In this document: in pieces, positions 10,226 through 19,317 of the stretch
Layout: every line of letters starts with the position of its first letter
Position numbering within the stretch: position 1 is the first letter of the stretch
Assembly: GCA_964612995.1 (NCBI GenBank)
Contig: CAZTGE010000003.1
Span: 2,394-66,393 of the forward strand
Direction of reading: 5' to 3'
Origin: an uncultured candidatus Brocadiaceae bacterium
GTDB taxonomy: Bacteria; Planctomycetota; UBA11346
DNA: 64,000 nt
Made by a program: the position numbers and the translations under genes
Notes under the pieces: generated by a model
What the model was told of the DNA's origin: nothing
The model's input: the letters and a program-made list of their open reading frames with translations, nothing else
Databases searched by the model: none

Positions 10226-10427
10226 CATGAGTGGTTACAACGCCCTTTTCGGGGCCCCATCGTACGCGATGGGGTCTGGCGCCGAGTGATGGTGGGCGGA
10301 TGCGTTTCGGCACAGCCGATCCGCCCACGCCTGAATCTGCCGGCAGATTCAGGCGAACCACGACAAAGCCAGAGGGGTAGGTCCTCACGCAGTGAGGACC
10401 GTAGGGGCGAAGGCCCTGAGTAGTCAG
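10226..10427. mobile_element. MITE-like element family B, copy B1 (~200 bp; includes an extra internal hairpin ggtcctcacgcagtgaggacc)
   Basis: Terminal inverted repeats tactcaggccc...gggccctgagta. Shares most of its sequence with 16621-16809. Internal perfect palindrome cgcctgaatctgcc/ggcagattcaggcg. Confidence 0.65.
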
Positions 10428-10546
10428 TATCTGCCCTGCCCTCGGCCGCGCTCGTCAGCGACGCGGTCGGTGCAGCACATACCACCTGCGCCGTACCCCG
10501 ACCGCCCGCCACCCGCAGCGCTGCCACGGCAACAGCAACACCAGCC

Positions 10547-13500
10547 GTGGGTACCATCTCGCTGGCCGCTCACGGCCGCGGAGACGTCATGCTGCATGAT
10601 CTGCGAGCGATCCGCCACCTGCTGTTTGTGGGTATGCTGGTGTCGGCCAGCACCGCGATAGCGGCCGCCGAGGCGACCGAGGCGACCGCGCGGATCGCCA
10701 CGGCCACGCGCGTCTGGCGCGAACGTCTGGTCGCACGCGACCAGGGCGCGCCGGGCGATCTCTCGCTGCACCTGCTGCTGTCGGCAGCAGGCGTTGATGC
10801 GGACCAGAGCGATCTGCGCGTGACGCTCTCACATCACGCCGGGCGCTGGATGCCTGCGGTGGTCCGGGTGCAATCGCATCGCGCCGAGCGTTTCACCGCC
10901 AGCTTCACCGCCGATCGGGTCGCAGCCGATCGGGTGACCGGTCGTCTGTGCATCGATGTCATTCAGCCGCCGGCTGGCAAGGCTGGCGGCCATGGAGTCT
11001 TCACCACCAACGCTCCGCGCCAGCAGGAGCTGGTCTACCTGCTCGACTGCCAGCTCGCTGCCACCGGGCAGGTGTCCGGACGCTACGTCGACGCGCCCGA
11101 TCGCCCCACTCGCGGCGATCGCATCAACGGATACTGGTCGCGAACCGACATCACGCGCAGCCTCTGCCGCCTGCTGCTGCCAGGGGCCATCGCCGGACGC
11201 GACCTCCACCTGCTGGCCATCGCCGATGACCAGGCGCTGCACCTGCTCGAGGCGCGCACGCCGCACTGGAACAAGGCGCGCCATCACGTCGCCCGCACGC
11301 CGGTCCCATTCACTGCCGACGGCTACGCCGGCACTGTGGACTTGTCGCTGCGCAGCGATGGCCATGTCCCGGCGGACGCGGCCCGGGTCGACTGCCAACT
11401 CAGCCTGCGCTGCAGCCTGGATCCAGCCACCGCCTCGCTCCAGGGTAGTCATGACATCGAAACTGTCGGCAACGTGGTTCCGGCCAGCCAGGGCGTGATC
11501 CGCGGCAGTGTGGTGCCGCTCGCCAGCGGAAAGATACCGGCGGTTCCCCGCACCCCGGCGAGCGAGGTCCTGTCCGAACTGCTCGACTGGGCCGACGATT
11601 GCTACCACTACGCCCGCAGCGCGGAAATGGCCTTGCGGACCGGCCTGCCCTTCGCCTCCTGTCACGTGCGCACCGGTGTGCCCAGGCGGGCGATCCTGCT
11701 GCCGCAGGGCGGACACGCACGCCTCGCGGCGATCGCCAGCTGCATCGCCGAACGACCCGCTGTGCCGCTGGTCGGCACCACATTGACCGAGGACCCCGCT
11801 TTCGGTCCCTGGTATCGCCAGCGCGCGGCCCCCTGCGACAACGCGGGCCATCACCGGCTGGGCCCGGAGGGCGCATGGGTCCATCTGACGCGCTGGCACG
11901 TTCTCGGTCCCCTCAGGCCCCAGTCCTTCCCTCGCTCCCTCCACCCGCTGCTGCCGCCGGTGGTGTCTGCGGGGGCCTCGGCCTACGCGGGCACTGGCGA
12001 TCCGCTGCTCCCCCTTGCCTCCACGCCAGCGGAGCAGTGGCGCTGGCAGGAAGTCATCGCCGAGGAGCCGCTGGTCGATCCGGGTCCGCTTCCCCATGGA
12101 GCCAGCGATGGCTTCGCCGGACGTCGTTACCTCGCCAGCGCCACCATCCATGTCGCGCATGCCACGCAGGCCTGGTTGGCGCTCAGCGGCACCACCGTCC
12201 ACAACAAGTGGGGGCGTGGCCGTCGCTGCCATCTCGCGGCCTGGATCAACGACGCACCGCTCTGGCGCAGCGGCGCGCGCACCGACGAGTTGCGCGAGCA
12301 CCGCGCGGTGGTACCGGTCACGTTGGAGGCGGGCGTCAACCGGATCCTGCTCGCGGTGGACAGCCCGAGCACAGAGGCGCTGGGTTTCCGCTGCCATCTC
12401 TATCACGGCCCTCCGCCCCGCACGCAGGCTGAGGTCGCCGCATGGAACCAGCGGCGCCGCGCACACCTGGCCCAACAGCCGGGGCTCGCCATGACCGGTT
12501 TCCGCGGCGATCTCTCCGGCGTGTTCCCGCAGGCCGAACCGGTCACCGCCTGGGATCTGGAACAGGGGATCAACGTGCGCTGGCACATGCCGCTGCCCGC
12601 CTTCAGCAACGCCACCCCGCTGGTGCTCGGCGATCGGGTCATCACCCTCAGCGAGCCGCACCACATCCATTGCCACGCCATCGCGGATGGTGCCGAACTA
12701 TGGCGACACAGCGCCTGTCCGTTCGACGAGATGCCCGCCAATGAATCCGCGCAGCTGCGTCGCGACGCCGCACGTCACCGCGACCTGCAGGCCAAGCGCA
12801 AGCAATTGCGCCGCGCGATCCGCGATCTGCGCGGCGCAGCAGACGCACAGGAGCGCAGCGCCGCGCTGCGCAGCGAACTCGCGGCGCTCGCTCCGCAGCT
12901 CGACCGGGCCGAGGCTGCGGCCGAGGTTGGCCGCATCGCCAGCCCGACCTGGGGTGCGTTCATGGGCCAGACCTTCGCCAGCCCGGTCAGCGACGGCGAA
13001 CGGATCTGGATCAAGCTCGGCTCCGGTGTGATCGCCTGCTTCACCGTTGCCGGCGAACGTGTCTGGCAGATCACCGCCGATGTCCGGCCCAACGTCTACC
13101 AGACCAGCTCGCCGCTGCTGGTCGATGACCTGCTGATCGTCCGCTGGATGGGCGACAAGGCCGGCGGACACCACACCAAGGGCGACCGTTTCGTCGCCTA
13201 CGCGGCCGACACCGGTGCGGTGCGCTGGCGCACGACGGTTCCCGGCCGCAGCGCCGGCGGCACCACACGGCCACTGCGCCTGAGTGATGGTGAGCAGATC
13301 CTCTGGGTGCTGGTCACCCCCACCGGAGCGATCCTGCGCTGCAGCGATGGCAAGCTGCTGTTGCCCAGCCGTGGCCTGCAGGCCAGTGCCGGGTGGACCA
13401 TCGTCAACGTCGACGACGACCGCCTGATCTATCCGATGTACTACGCCCAGATGGCCAGCGAACGCCTGATTCTGCGTGATCGCGACTGCGTCGGTGCGCG

Positions 13501-14698
13501 CCCGCTGTGGCAACCGATCTGGTGGGGCGGCGGCAGCCACCACTTCTTCACCGGCGATTACGCCTGCCTCTACGCCGGCCGGGCCTATCTCAATACGGTG
13601 GTCAAGGAACACGATCTCAAGCACCCCTGCCCCTGGCAGGTGCTCAACGTGGTCGATTGCCAGACCGGAGCGCTGGACCTGCGGCTCAAGCCCGCCTTCC
13701 GCGAGGTGGCGCACTGCTATACCCCGCCGACCATCGCCGGGCACCATCTGTTCCTGGTCGATTCGGGCGACCCCTCGTCGGGATGCTTTCCCGGCCGCCC
13801 CGGCGGCCCCGCAGCAGAGAGCGCGATCGCGGTGCTCGATCTCGACAACCACACACGACCGGTGGCCGTCAACCCGATGCCACGGATGCAGGCCCCGCCT
13901 GTGTTCGCGGGTGATGCGATGATCGTGCGCACCCACACGGGGCTGCTGTGCATCGGTTCGACCGGCGCCGAGGGGCAGGACTACGCCGCACGCGCGCGGG
14001 CAGAGCAGTTGTTCGATGAATTGCGCCGCTATCCGCCACCCAAGGCTTTTGAGGTGCGTGCGATCGCGCCGGTGGCCTGGCCGGACGACGCCGAAGCGCT
14101 GCCCACGGCCCGCCTGGGTGGCCAGGCGCCAACCACGCTGCTGCTCGCAACCACCGACGCTGCCGCCCCCGAGGCCGAGCTGGCCCGGCCGGCCCGGATG
14201 CGCTCCGGCCTCGGCACGGCGCAGCTGCGCGCACTCGCGCCCGCGACCTACGCCTGCAAGGGTGGCCTGCGTCAGGTGGCGATCGATCACACCGCCGCCT
14301 TGGGCGCGAGCGATGCACGCCAGGGCTGGATCGCGACCAACCTGGTGGTCTCGCGCCGCCAGGTCGTCAGCTGCGCAAACCCTTCCGAACTGCCGCTCGT
14401 GCTCGCGGGCGAACGGGTGGACAACGGCGAACGGCTGCGCCTGCAACCCGGACTCTATCCGTTCTATATCCACGCCGGTTTCTCGCGTCGTCCGCCGCCG
14501 GGTGTGCAGATCCAGGTCCGATTCGGCCTGCGCACAGTCGATGACCCCGAAGCTGCGCGTGCGCGCTGGCGGGAGCAGGTCGCCCCCTACGCTGCGGATC
14601 TGCGCTGGGTCAGGGACCGCTTCGCCCAGACCAGCCTCGCCTTCGACGCCCGACGCCTGCTCGAACTGCTCGCCACCGATCCGCCGGCCGGGGATTGA
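10547..14698 (+). CDS. giant secreted protein (1383 aa) with PQQ/BamB-like beta-propeller repeats and a coiled-coil insert. Alternative start at 10589
   Basis: Signal peptide LLFVGMLVSASTAIAAA. Repeated G.[VI]xAxDAxTGxxxW-like blades in the C-terminal half. Coiled coil RRDAARHRDLQAKRKQLRRAIRDLR. Confidence 0.7.
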   Translation: MGTISLAAHGRGDVMLHDLRAIRHLLFVGMLVSASTAIAAAEATEATARIATATRVWRERLVARDQGAPGDLSLHLLLSAAGVDADQSDLRVTLSHHAGRWMPAVVRVQSHRAERFTASFTADRVAADRVTGRLCIDVIQPPAGKAGGHGVFTTNAPRQQELVYLLDCQLAATGQVSGRYVDAPDRPTRGDRINGYWSRTDITRSLCRLLLPGAIAGRDLHLLAIADDQALHLLEARTPHWNKARHHVARTPVPFTADGYAGTVDLSLRSDGHVPADAARVDCQLSLRCSLDPATASLQGSHDIETVGNVVPASQGVIRGSVVPLASGKIPAVPRTPASEVLSELLDWADDCYHYARSAEMALRTGLPFASCHVRTGVPRRAILLPQGGHARLAAIASCIAERPAVPLVGTTLTEDPAFGPWYRQRAAPCDNAGHHRLGPEGAWVHLTRWHVLGPLRPQSFPRSLHPLLPPVVSAGASAYAGTGDPLLPLASTPAEQWRWQEVIAEEPLVDPGPLPHGASDGFAGRRYLASATIHVAHATQAWLALSGTTVHNKWGRGRRCHLAAWINDAPLWRSGARTDELREHRAVVPVTLEAGVNRILLAVDSPSTEALGFRCHLYHGPPPRTQAEVAAWNQRRRAHLAQQPGLAMTGFRGDLSGVFPQAEPVTAWDLEQGINVRWHMPLPAFSNATPLVLGDRVITLSEPHHIHCHAIADGAELWRHSACPFDEMPANESAQLRRDAARHRDLQAKRKQLRRAIRDLRGAADAQERSAALRSELAALAPQLDRAEAAAEVGRIASPTWGAFMGQTFASPVSDGERIWIKLGSGVIACFTVAGERVWQITADVRPNVYQTSSPLLVDDLLIVRWMGDKAGGHHTKGDRFVAYAADTGAVRWRTTVPGRSAGGTTRPLRLSDGEQILWVLVTPTGAILRCSDGKLLLPSRGLQASAGWTIVNVDDDRLIYPMYYAQMASERLILRDRDCVGARPLWQPIWWGGGSHHFFTGDYACLYAGRAYLNTVVKEHDLKHPCPWQVLNVVDCQTGALDLRLKPAFREVAHCYTPPTIAGHHLFLVDSGDPSSGCFPGRPGGPAAESAIAVLDLDNHTRPVAVNPMPRMQAPPVFAGDAMIVRTHTGLLCIGSTGAEGQDYAARARAEQLFDELRRYPPPKAFEVRAIAPVAWPDDAEALPTARLGGQAPTTLLLATTDAAAPEAELARPARMRSGLGTAQLRALAPATYACKGGLRQVAIDHTAALGASDARQGWIATNLVVSRRQVVSCANPSELPLVLAGERVDNGERLRLQPGLYPFYIHAGFSRRPPPGVQIQVRFGLRTVDDPEAARARWREQVAPYAADLRWVRDRFAQTSLAFDARRLLELLATDPPAGD

Positions 14699-14747
14699 CC
14701 TGCGCCGCCGGGCCGCTGCAGTCAGCAGAAGCGGAGAGGAGCGCGTC

Positions 14748-16139
14748 ATGGGCCCGAGTCGGGTGGTCGAGGCCGAACGCGTACGCATCCTCGGCGGCGG
14801 AACGACGCCGGCTGCGGGCAGCTACGTGCTCTACTGGATGCAGGCCGCGCAACGCGAGCACCACAACCCGGCCCTGGAATATGCGCTCGCGCACGCCAAC
14901 GCACTCGACAAACCGCTGCTGATCGGTTTCGGCCTGACCGACGCCTATCCCGAAGCGACCCATCGCCACTACCACTTCATGGCCGCGGGACTCATCGACA
15001 CTGCCGCCGCGCTGAGAGAACGCGGACTCAAGCTGGTGGTGCGCCGTGGTGCACCGGACGAGGTCGCGCTCGCGCTCGCCGCCGATGCGGCGCTGGTGGT
15101 GGTCGATCGTGGCTATCTGCGCATCCAGCAACGCTGGCGTGCGCGCGTCGCCGCCGCGGCCGCGTGCCCGGTGATCCAGGTCGAGTGCGATGTCATCGTG
15201 CCGGTCGACACGGTCAGCGACCATCGCGAGTACGCCGCGCGGACCATCCGCCCCAAGCTGCATGCGCGCTATCGTGACTTCCTCGCCCCCCTTCCCCGTC
15301 AGCCGGTAGCCAAGCGCTCGCTGCCTTTGCACGTCACCGGCATCGACCTGAGCGATGCAGACCAGGTCTGCGCCGGGTTGCGCCTCGATCGCAGCGTCGC
15401 GCCGGTCGCCCGGTTCACCGGCGGCGAAATCCGCGCCCGCGAGCTGTTCGCCGATTTCACCACCCGCTTGGGCGCCTACGCCACCAACCGCAACCAGCCC
15501 CAGACCGACGATGTCTCGCACATGAGCCCCTACCTGCACTTCGGCCAGATCTCGCCGGTGTGGATGGCGCTGGAGCTGGAAGGGGCCCGTCGCGGCGACT
15601 CTGGGGTCGCCGCGTACATCGAACAGCTGCTGGTCCGCCGTGAGCTCGCCTGCAACTACGTACGCCACGAGCCCGGCTACGATCGCTATGCGGCGCTGCC
15701 CGAGTGGGCCCGCACCACCCTGGAGGAACGGCGGGACGACCGCCGTGCGCATCGCTACACCCGCCGCCAGCTCGAGGCGGCAAAGACCCACGACCCCTAC
15801 TGGAACGCCGCCATGCGCGAGATGCGCGAGACCGGCTACATGCACAATTACATGCGGATGTACTGGGGCAAGAAGATCATCGAGTGGACCAATACCCCCG
15901 CCTACGCCTTCCGTCTCGCCTTGTCGCTGAACAACCGCTATTTCATCGATGGCCGCGACCCCAACAGTTACGTCGGCGTGGCCTGGCTCTTCGGCCTGCA
16001 CGACCGGCCCTGGACCCGCCGGCCGGTCTTCGGCACCGTGCGGTACATGGCCGCGAGCGGATTGGAGCGCAAGGCCGACCCCGTGGCGTATGGCGAGCGG
16101 GTCGCGGCGCTGTGTCGCGCGGAGGCGGCGTGCCGCTGA
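14748..16139 (+). CDS. deoxyribodipyrimidine photolyase, class II CPD photolyase type
   Basis: RBS ggagagga then ATG. C-terminal MHNYMRMYWGKKIIEWT and WLFGLHDRPW are class II photolyase signatures. Confidence 0.85.
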   Translation: MGPSRVVEAERVRILGGGTTPAAGSYVLYWMQAAQREHHNPALEYALAHANALDKPLLIGFGLTDAYPEATHRHYHFMAAGLIDTAAALRERGLKLVVRRGAPDEVALALAADAALVVVDRGYLRIQQRWRARVAAAAACPVIQVECDVIVPVDTVSDHREYAARTIRPKLHARYRDFLAPLPRQPVAKRSLPLHVTGIDLSDADQVCAGLRLDRSVAPVARFTGGEIRARELFADFTTRLGAYATNRNQPQTDDVSHMSPYLHFGQISPVWMALELEGARRGDSGVAAYIEQLLVRRELACNYVRHEPGYDRYAALPEWARTTLEERRDDRRAHRYTRRQLEAAKTHDPYWNAAMREMRETGYMHNYMRMYWGKKIIEWTNTPAYAFRLALSLNNRYFIDGRDPNSYVGVAWLFGLHDRPWTRRPVFGTVRYMAASGLERKADPVAYGERVAALCRAEAACR

Positions 16140-16152
16140 ATCGACCGCGTGC

Positions 16153-16563
16153 TCAGCGATCGTCGACAGCGCGGTAGAAGCGCGAGAAGTCCTTGTCGAG
16201 CACCATGACGTGGAACTCGATGAATTCATCGACGAAGGCGGCGTAGTCGATCAACCGCTGGGCGATGTCGTCGTTGGCGGTGATCTGCTTGAGCTGCAGC
16301 GCGAACTTGCGGTGGTGCAGGCGGTGGTTGCCGATGGCTGGATATCCGCGCTGTTCCATCTCGGTCTCCTGTTGCGAGACATAGCGCTTGAGGTAATCGA
16401 GCGCGGTGCGCTCCATGTCGGCCACCTCCGTGGGCGGGCGTTCCTCGCCGTAGGCGTCCATCAGATCCTGGAACAGGCCGACGAGGATCCGGATCTGCAT
16501 ATCCAGGGCCTTGTTCCCGGTGCGGAAACCAGTGGTGTATTTCAGTTTGATGGTCTTGCGCAT
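16153..16563 (-). CDS. hemerythrin-like metal-binding domain protein
   Basis: 136 aa with the H..HxxxE...HH...FxxH...D iron-ligand pattern (HHRKFALQL, FIEFHVMVLDKDF). Confidence 0.75.
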   Translation of the reverse strand: MRKTIKLKYTTGFRTGNKALDMQIRILVGLFQDLMDAYGEERPPTEVADMERTALDYLKRYVSQQETEMEQRGYPAIGNHRLHHRKFALQLKQITANDDIAQRLIDYAAFVDEFIEFHVMVLDKDFSRFYRAVDDR

Positions 16564-16620
16564 CCGCGGACCATCGTACCTGCGGCCTGTTGGCGATGCA
16601 ACGATACTTGTCGGCTCGTA

Positions 16621-16809
16621 ACCACTCGGGCCCCTCGGGCATGAGTGTTACCAGCCGTATATGGGGCTCCATCGCATGCGATGGGGTCTGGCGCCGAGTG
16701 GTGGTGGGCGGATACATTTCGGCGCAGCCGCGCCGCCCACGCTCGCATCTGCATGCAGATGCGAGCGAACCACGACAAAGGTGTAGGGGCGAAGCCCCTG
16801 AGCAGTCAC
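16621..16809. mobile_element. MITE-like element family B, copy B2
   Basis: Ends cactcgggccc...gcccctgagca match B1. Internal perfect palindrome cgctcgcatctgca/tgcagatgcgagcg sits at the position of the B1 palindrome. Confidence 0.65.
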
Positions 16810-16821
16810 GGTGGCTCTGAC

Positions 16822-17313
16822 TCAATCGGCGACGAAGCGGTCGTCGGCCCGGGTCCGCTGCGAATGCCGCGCGTCGAGCCACCCGGCGCGACAATCGGGG
16901 AAGGCGTCGAATTCCGGCACGTAGGGCTTGATGTCGAGGACCGGCGTGCCGTCGAGCAGGTCGACGCCGCGGATGCGCAGGGTCTCGCCCTCGATCGCGA
17001 GCAGCTCGGGGCAGGAGATGCCGAGCGGATTGGGCCGGGCTGGCGCGCGGGTGGCGAACAGGCCGTGTGGCACCGTGTCGCGATAGGGCACCGGCTGCAG
17101 GTCCACCGGTCCGCTGCGGTGGTACCACACCAGCAACCAGATGCGCGTGAAACCCTCAAGGTCGCGCAGCGCGGCGCGATAGGCGGGATCAACACAGATC
17201 GTGCCCTCGTGCTCCTGGCCGTGCACGCTCTGGATCGGCGTGCCGGGCTGTTCGGTGAACGGCGAGTGGACCACCCCGATGGGGTGGGTCGTGAAACCGT
17301 CGGTCTGGCTCAT
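16822..17313 (-). CDS. trmO: tRNA m6t6A37 methyltransferase TrmO (TsaA/YaeB family)
   Basis: IGVVHSPF..., RPNPLG and LDIKPYVP are TsaA/YaeB hallmarks. Confidence 0.85.
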   Translation of the reverse strand: MSQTDGFTTHPIGVVHSPFTEQPGTPIQSVHGQEHEGTICVDPAYRAALRDLEGFTRIWLLVWYHRSGPVDLQPVPYRDTVPHGLFATRAPARPNPLGISCPELLAIEGETLRIRGVDLLDGTPVLDIKPYVPEFDAFPDCRAGWLDARHSQRTRADDRFVAD

Positions 17314-17819
17314 CGGTGCTGCTCCTCACCTTGCGCGGCAGCGTCTGCCGGATCGCCCCGCCCGTTCTGCAGTCGCATGCACAGGGCATCCATCAGCGGT
17401 CGCTGTCCCGGCACCAGGGCCGAGCGCGCGGCATCGACGGCAAACCATGCGCCACGATCGGCCTCGGGGAATTCCTGCCGCCGGCCGGAGTGTGGCGGCC
17501 ATTCCATGGTGAAACTGTTGCTGCGCAAGCGCTCTGGGTCCAGATCGCCTTCGGCGATCCAGCAGCGCACCTCTTTGCCCCGGCTCTGCCGCACGGTGGT
17601 CAACTCCTCGAGTGGAACGGTGAGCCGGACGCCCGTCTCCTCGGCGAATTCGCGCTCGGCCGCGCAGCGCGGATCCTCATTGTCATCGCACTCGCCCTTG
17701 GGGATCGACCAGGCACCGATCTCCCGTCCCGACCAGAACGGCCCACCGGGATGGACGAGGAACACCTCGATCCCGGCGGCGCCGCGCCGATACAGCAACA
17801 CGCCCGCAGAGCATTTCAC
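17310..17819 (-). CDS. NUDIX hydrolase
   Basis: Nudix box ...GECDDNEDPRCAAEREFAEETGV. Overlaps trmO by 4 nt. Confidence 0.8.
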   Translation of the reverse strand: MKCSAGVLLYRRGAAGIEVFLVHPGGPFWSGREIGAWSIPKGECDDNEDPRCAAEREFAEETGVRLTVPLEELTTVRQSRGKEVRCWIAEGDLDPERLRSNSFTMEWPPHSGRRQEFPEADRGAWFAVDAARSALVPGQRPLMDALCMRLQNGRGDPADAAAQGEEQHR

Positions 17820-19189
17820 CCCGGCTCGCCGACATCAGCGACCACCGCGCCGTTGCTCGCGATGCACTCGCGGTACCACCGGCCCGAATCCTTGACGATC
17901 CGACGCTGGCTCGGGTAGTCGACGTAGACCAGCCCGAAGCGTGGTCGGTAGCCGAGCGACCATTCGAAGTTGTCCATCAGGGACCAGTGGAAGTAGCCGG
18001 CGCACGTGACGCCGTCGTCGATCGCCCGTCCGAGCGCGCCGAGGTGACGCGCGAGGAAATCCACTCGTTGGGGATCGTGCACCGCGCCATCGAGCGAGGG
18101 CCAGTCGTGCGCTGCCATGCCGTTCTCGGTGATCACCACCGGCAGGCCGTAGCGCTCGTGCAACAGGCGCGGGCCCCAGTAGAGACACTCCGGCTGCACC
18201 GGCCAGCCGAGGATGTTGTAACCGATGGAGGTATGCCCGGGGACCTGTTCGAAGCCGCAGGCCGCATCGCTGGCCCGCACCACCTCGGCGAAGTAGATGT
18301 TGGTGCCGAAGAAATCCAGCGGCTGATGGATCACGGCGAGGTCGTCGGCATCGATCTCAGGCACCATGCCGTCGTAGGCCACGGCGAGGTCGTCGGGATA
18401 GCATCCGCGGTACATCGGGTCCATGTAGAGCGTGTTGCCGCCGATGCCGGGGCGATGCAGCCCGAAGGTGGCGCGTCGGGCAGCCTCGATGTCGGCCGGT
18501 GCGGTGGTCTGGGGCATCGCGATCTTGCCCACCAGCGCCGCGCCGACCTGCGCCGGGCGTGGAGATGCAGCGCGGATCGCCTCCACCGCATGACCGTGCG
18601 CCAACAAGGTATTGTGGACCACGGTCGACGCGTCGGACATGCCATACTTGAGGCCGGGCGCCTGTTCGCCGGTCCGATGGCCGAGGCCAAGGAAGCACTG
18701 CGGCTCGTTGATGGTCAGCCAATGGTCCACCCGGTCCCCGAGACGCTCGACCACCGTATGGGCATAATCGGCGAACCAGCGTGGGGAGTCCGGGTTGAGC
18801 CAGCCGCCGCGCAGGTAGAGCGGACGGGGATAGTCCCAGTGGAACAGGGTGACCCATAGGGTGACGCCCGCCGCCAGCAGCGCGTCGACCAGCTGTTCGT
18901 AGTAGGCTAGGCCGGCTTCGTTCACCGCGCCGGTGCCGTTGGGCATGATCCGTGGCCAAGCGACCGACATGCGATAGGCCTTCAGACCGATCTCCGCCAT
19001 CAGCCCCACGTCTTCGGCCCAACGGTGGTAATGATCGCAGGCCTCCAGGCCGCTGTCGCCACGTTCGACCTTGCCATCATCGCAGTAGCTGTCCCAGACC
19101 GATACCCCGCGGCCGTCCGCGGTGCTGCCTCCTTCGATCTGGTAGGCTGCGGTGGCAGCACCCCAGGCGAAATCCGACGGGAATCCCAT
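17816..19189 (-). CDS. GH1 family beta-glucosidase
   Basis: MGFPSDFAWGAATAAYQIEG N-terminus, TLFHWDYP, and the ITENG catalytic nucleophile. RBS aggggg lies before the ATG at 19189. Confidence 0.85.
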   Translation of the reverse strand: MGFPSDFAWGAATAAYQIEGGSTADGRGVSVWDSYCDDGKVERGDSGLEACDHYHRWAEDVGLMAEIGLKAYRMSVAWPRIMPNGTGAVNEAGLAYYEQLVDALLAAGVTLWVTLFHWDYPRPLYLRGGWLNPDSPRWFADYAHTVVERLGDRVDHWLTINEPQCFLGLGHRTGEQAPGLKYGMSDASTVVHNTLLAHGHAVEAIRAASPRPAQVGAALVGKIAMPQTTAPADIEAARRATFGLHRPGIGGNTLYMDPMYRGCYPDDLAVAYDGMVPEIDADDLAVIHQPLDFFGTNIYFAEVVRASDAACGFEQVPGHTSIGYNILGWPVQPECLYWGPRLLHERYGLPVVITENGMAAHDWPSLDGAVHDPQRVDFLARHLGALGRAIDDGVTCAGYFHWSLMDNFEWSLGYRPRFGLVYVDYPSQRRIVKDSGRWYRECIASNGAVVADVGEPG

Positions 19190-19317
19190 ATGCGCCCCCT
19201 GTGTACGCGCATGCTGGATCGCCCGCCGCACACGTCCACCGTATTTCCACCTCGGGCTTGTTCGCGCAGTGCCAACCGGACACTGGCCGATCGAGCCAAC
19301 CGCATCCAGGAGAGGCC

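Noticed and set aside
18952-19317. 5' extension of the sulfatase ORF to 18952, overlapping the GH1 gene
   Set aside because: The extension overlaps the well-supported GH1 gene on the opposite strand and translates to P/R-rich junk. The start with RBS aggaga at 19318 matches the sulfatase N-termini (MRRPNILVFFVDQQRWD).
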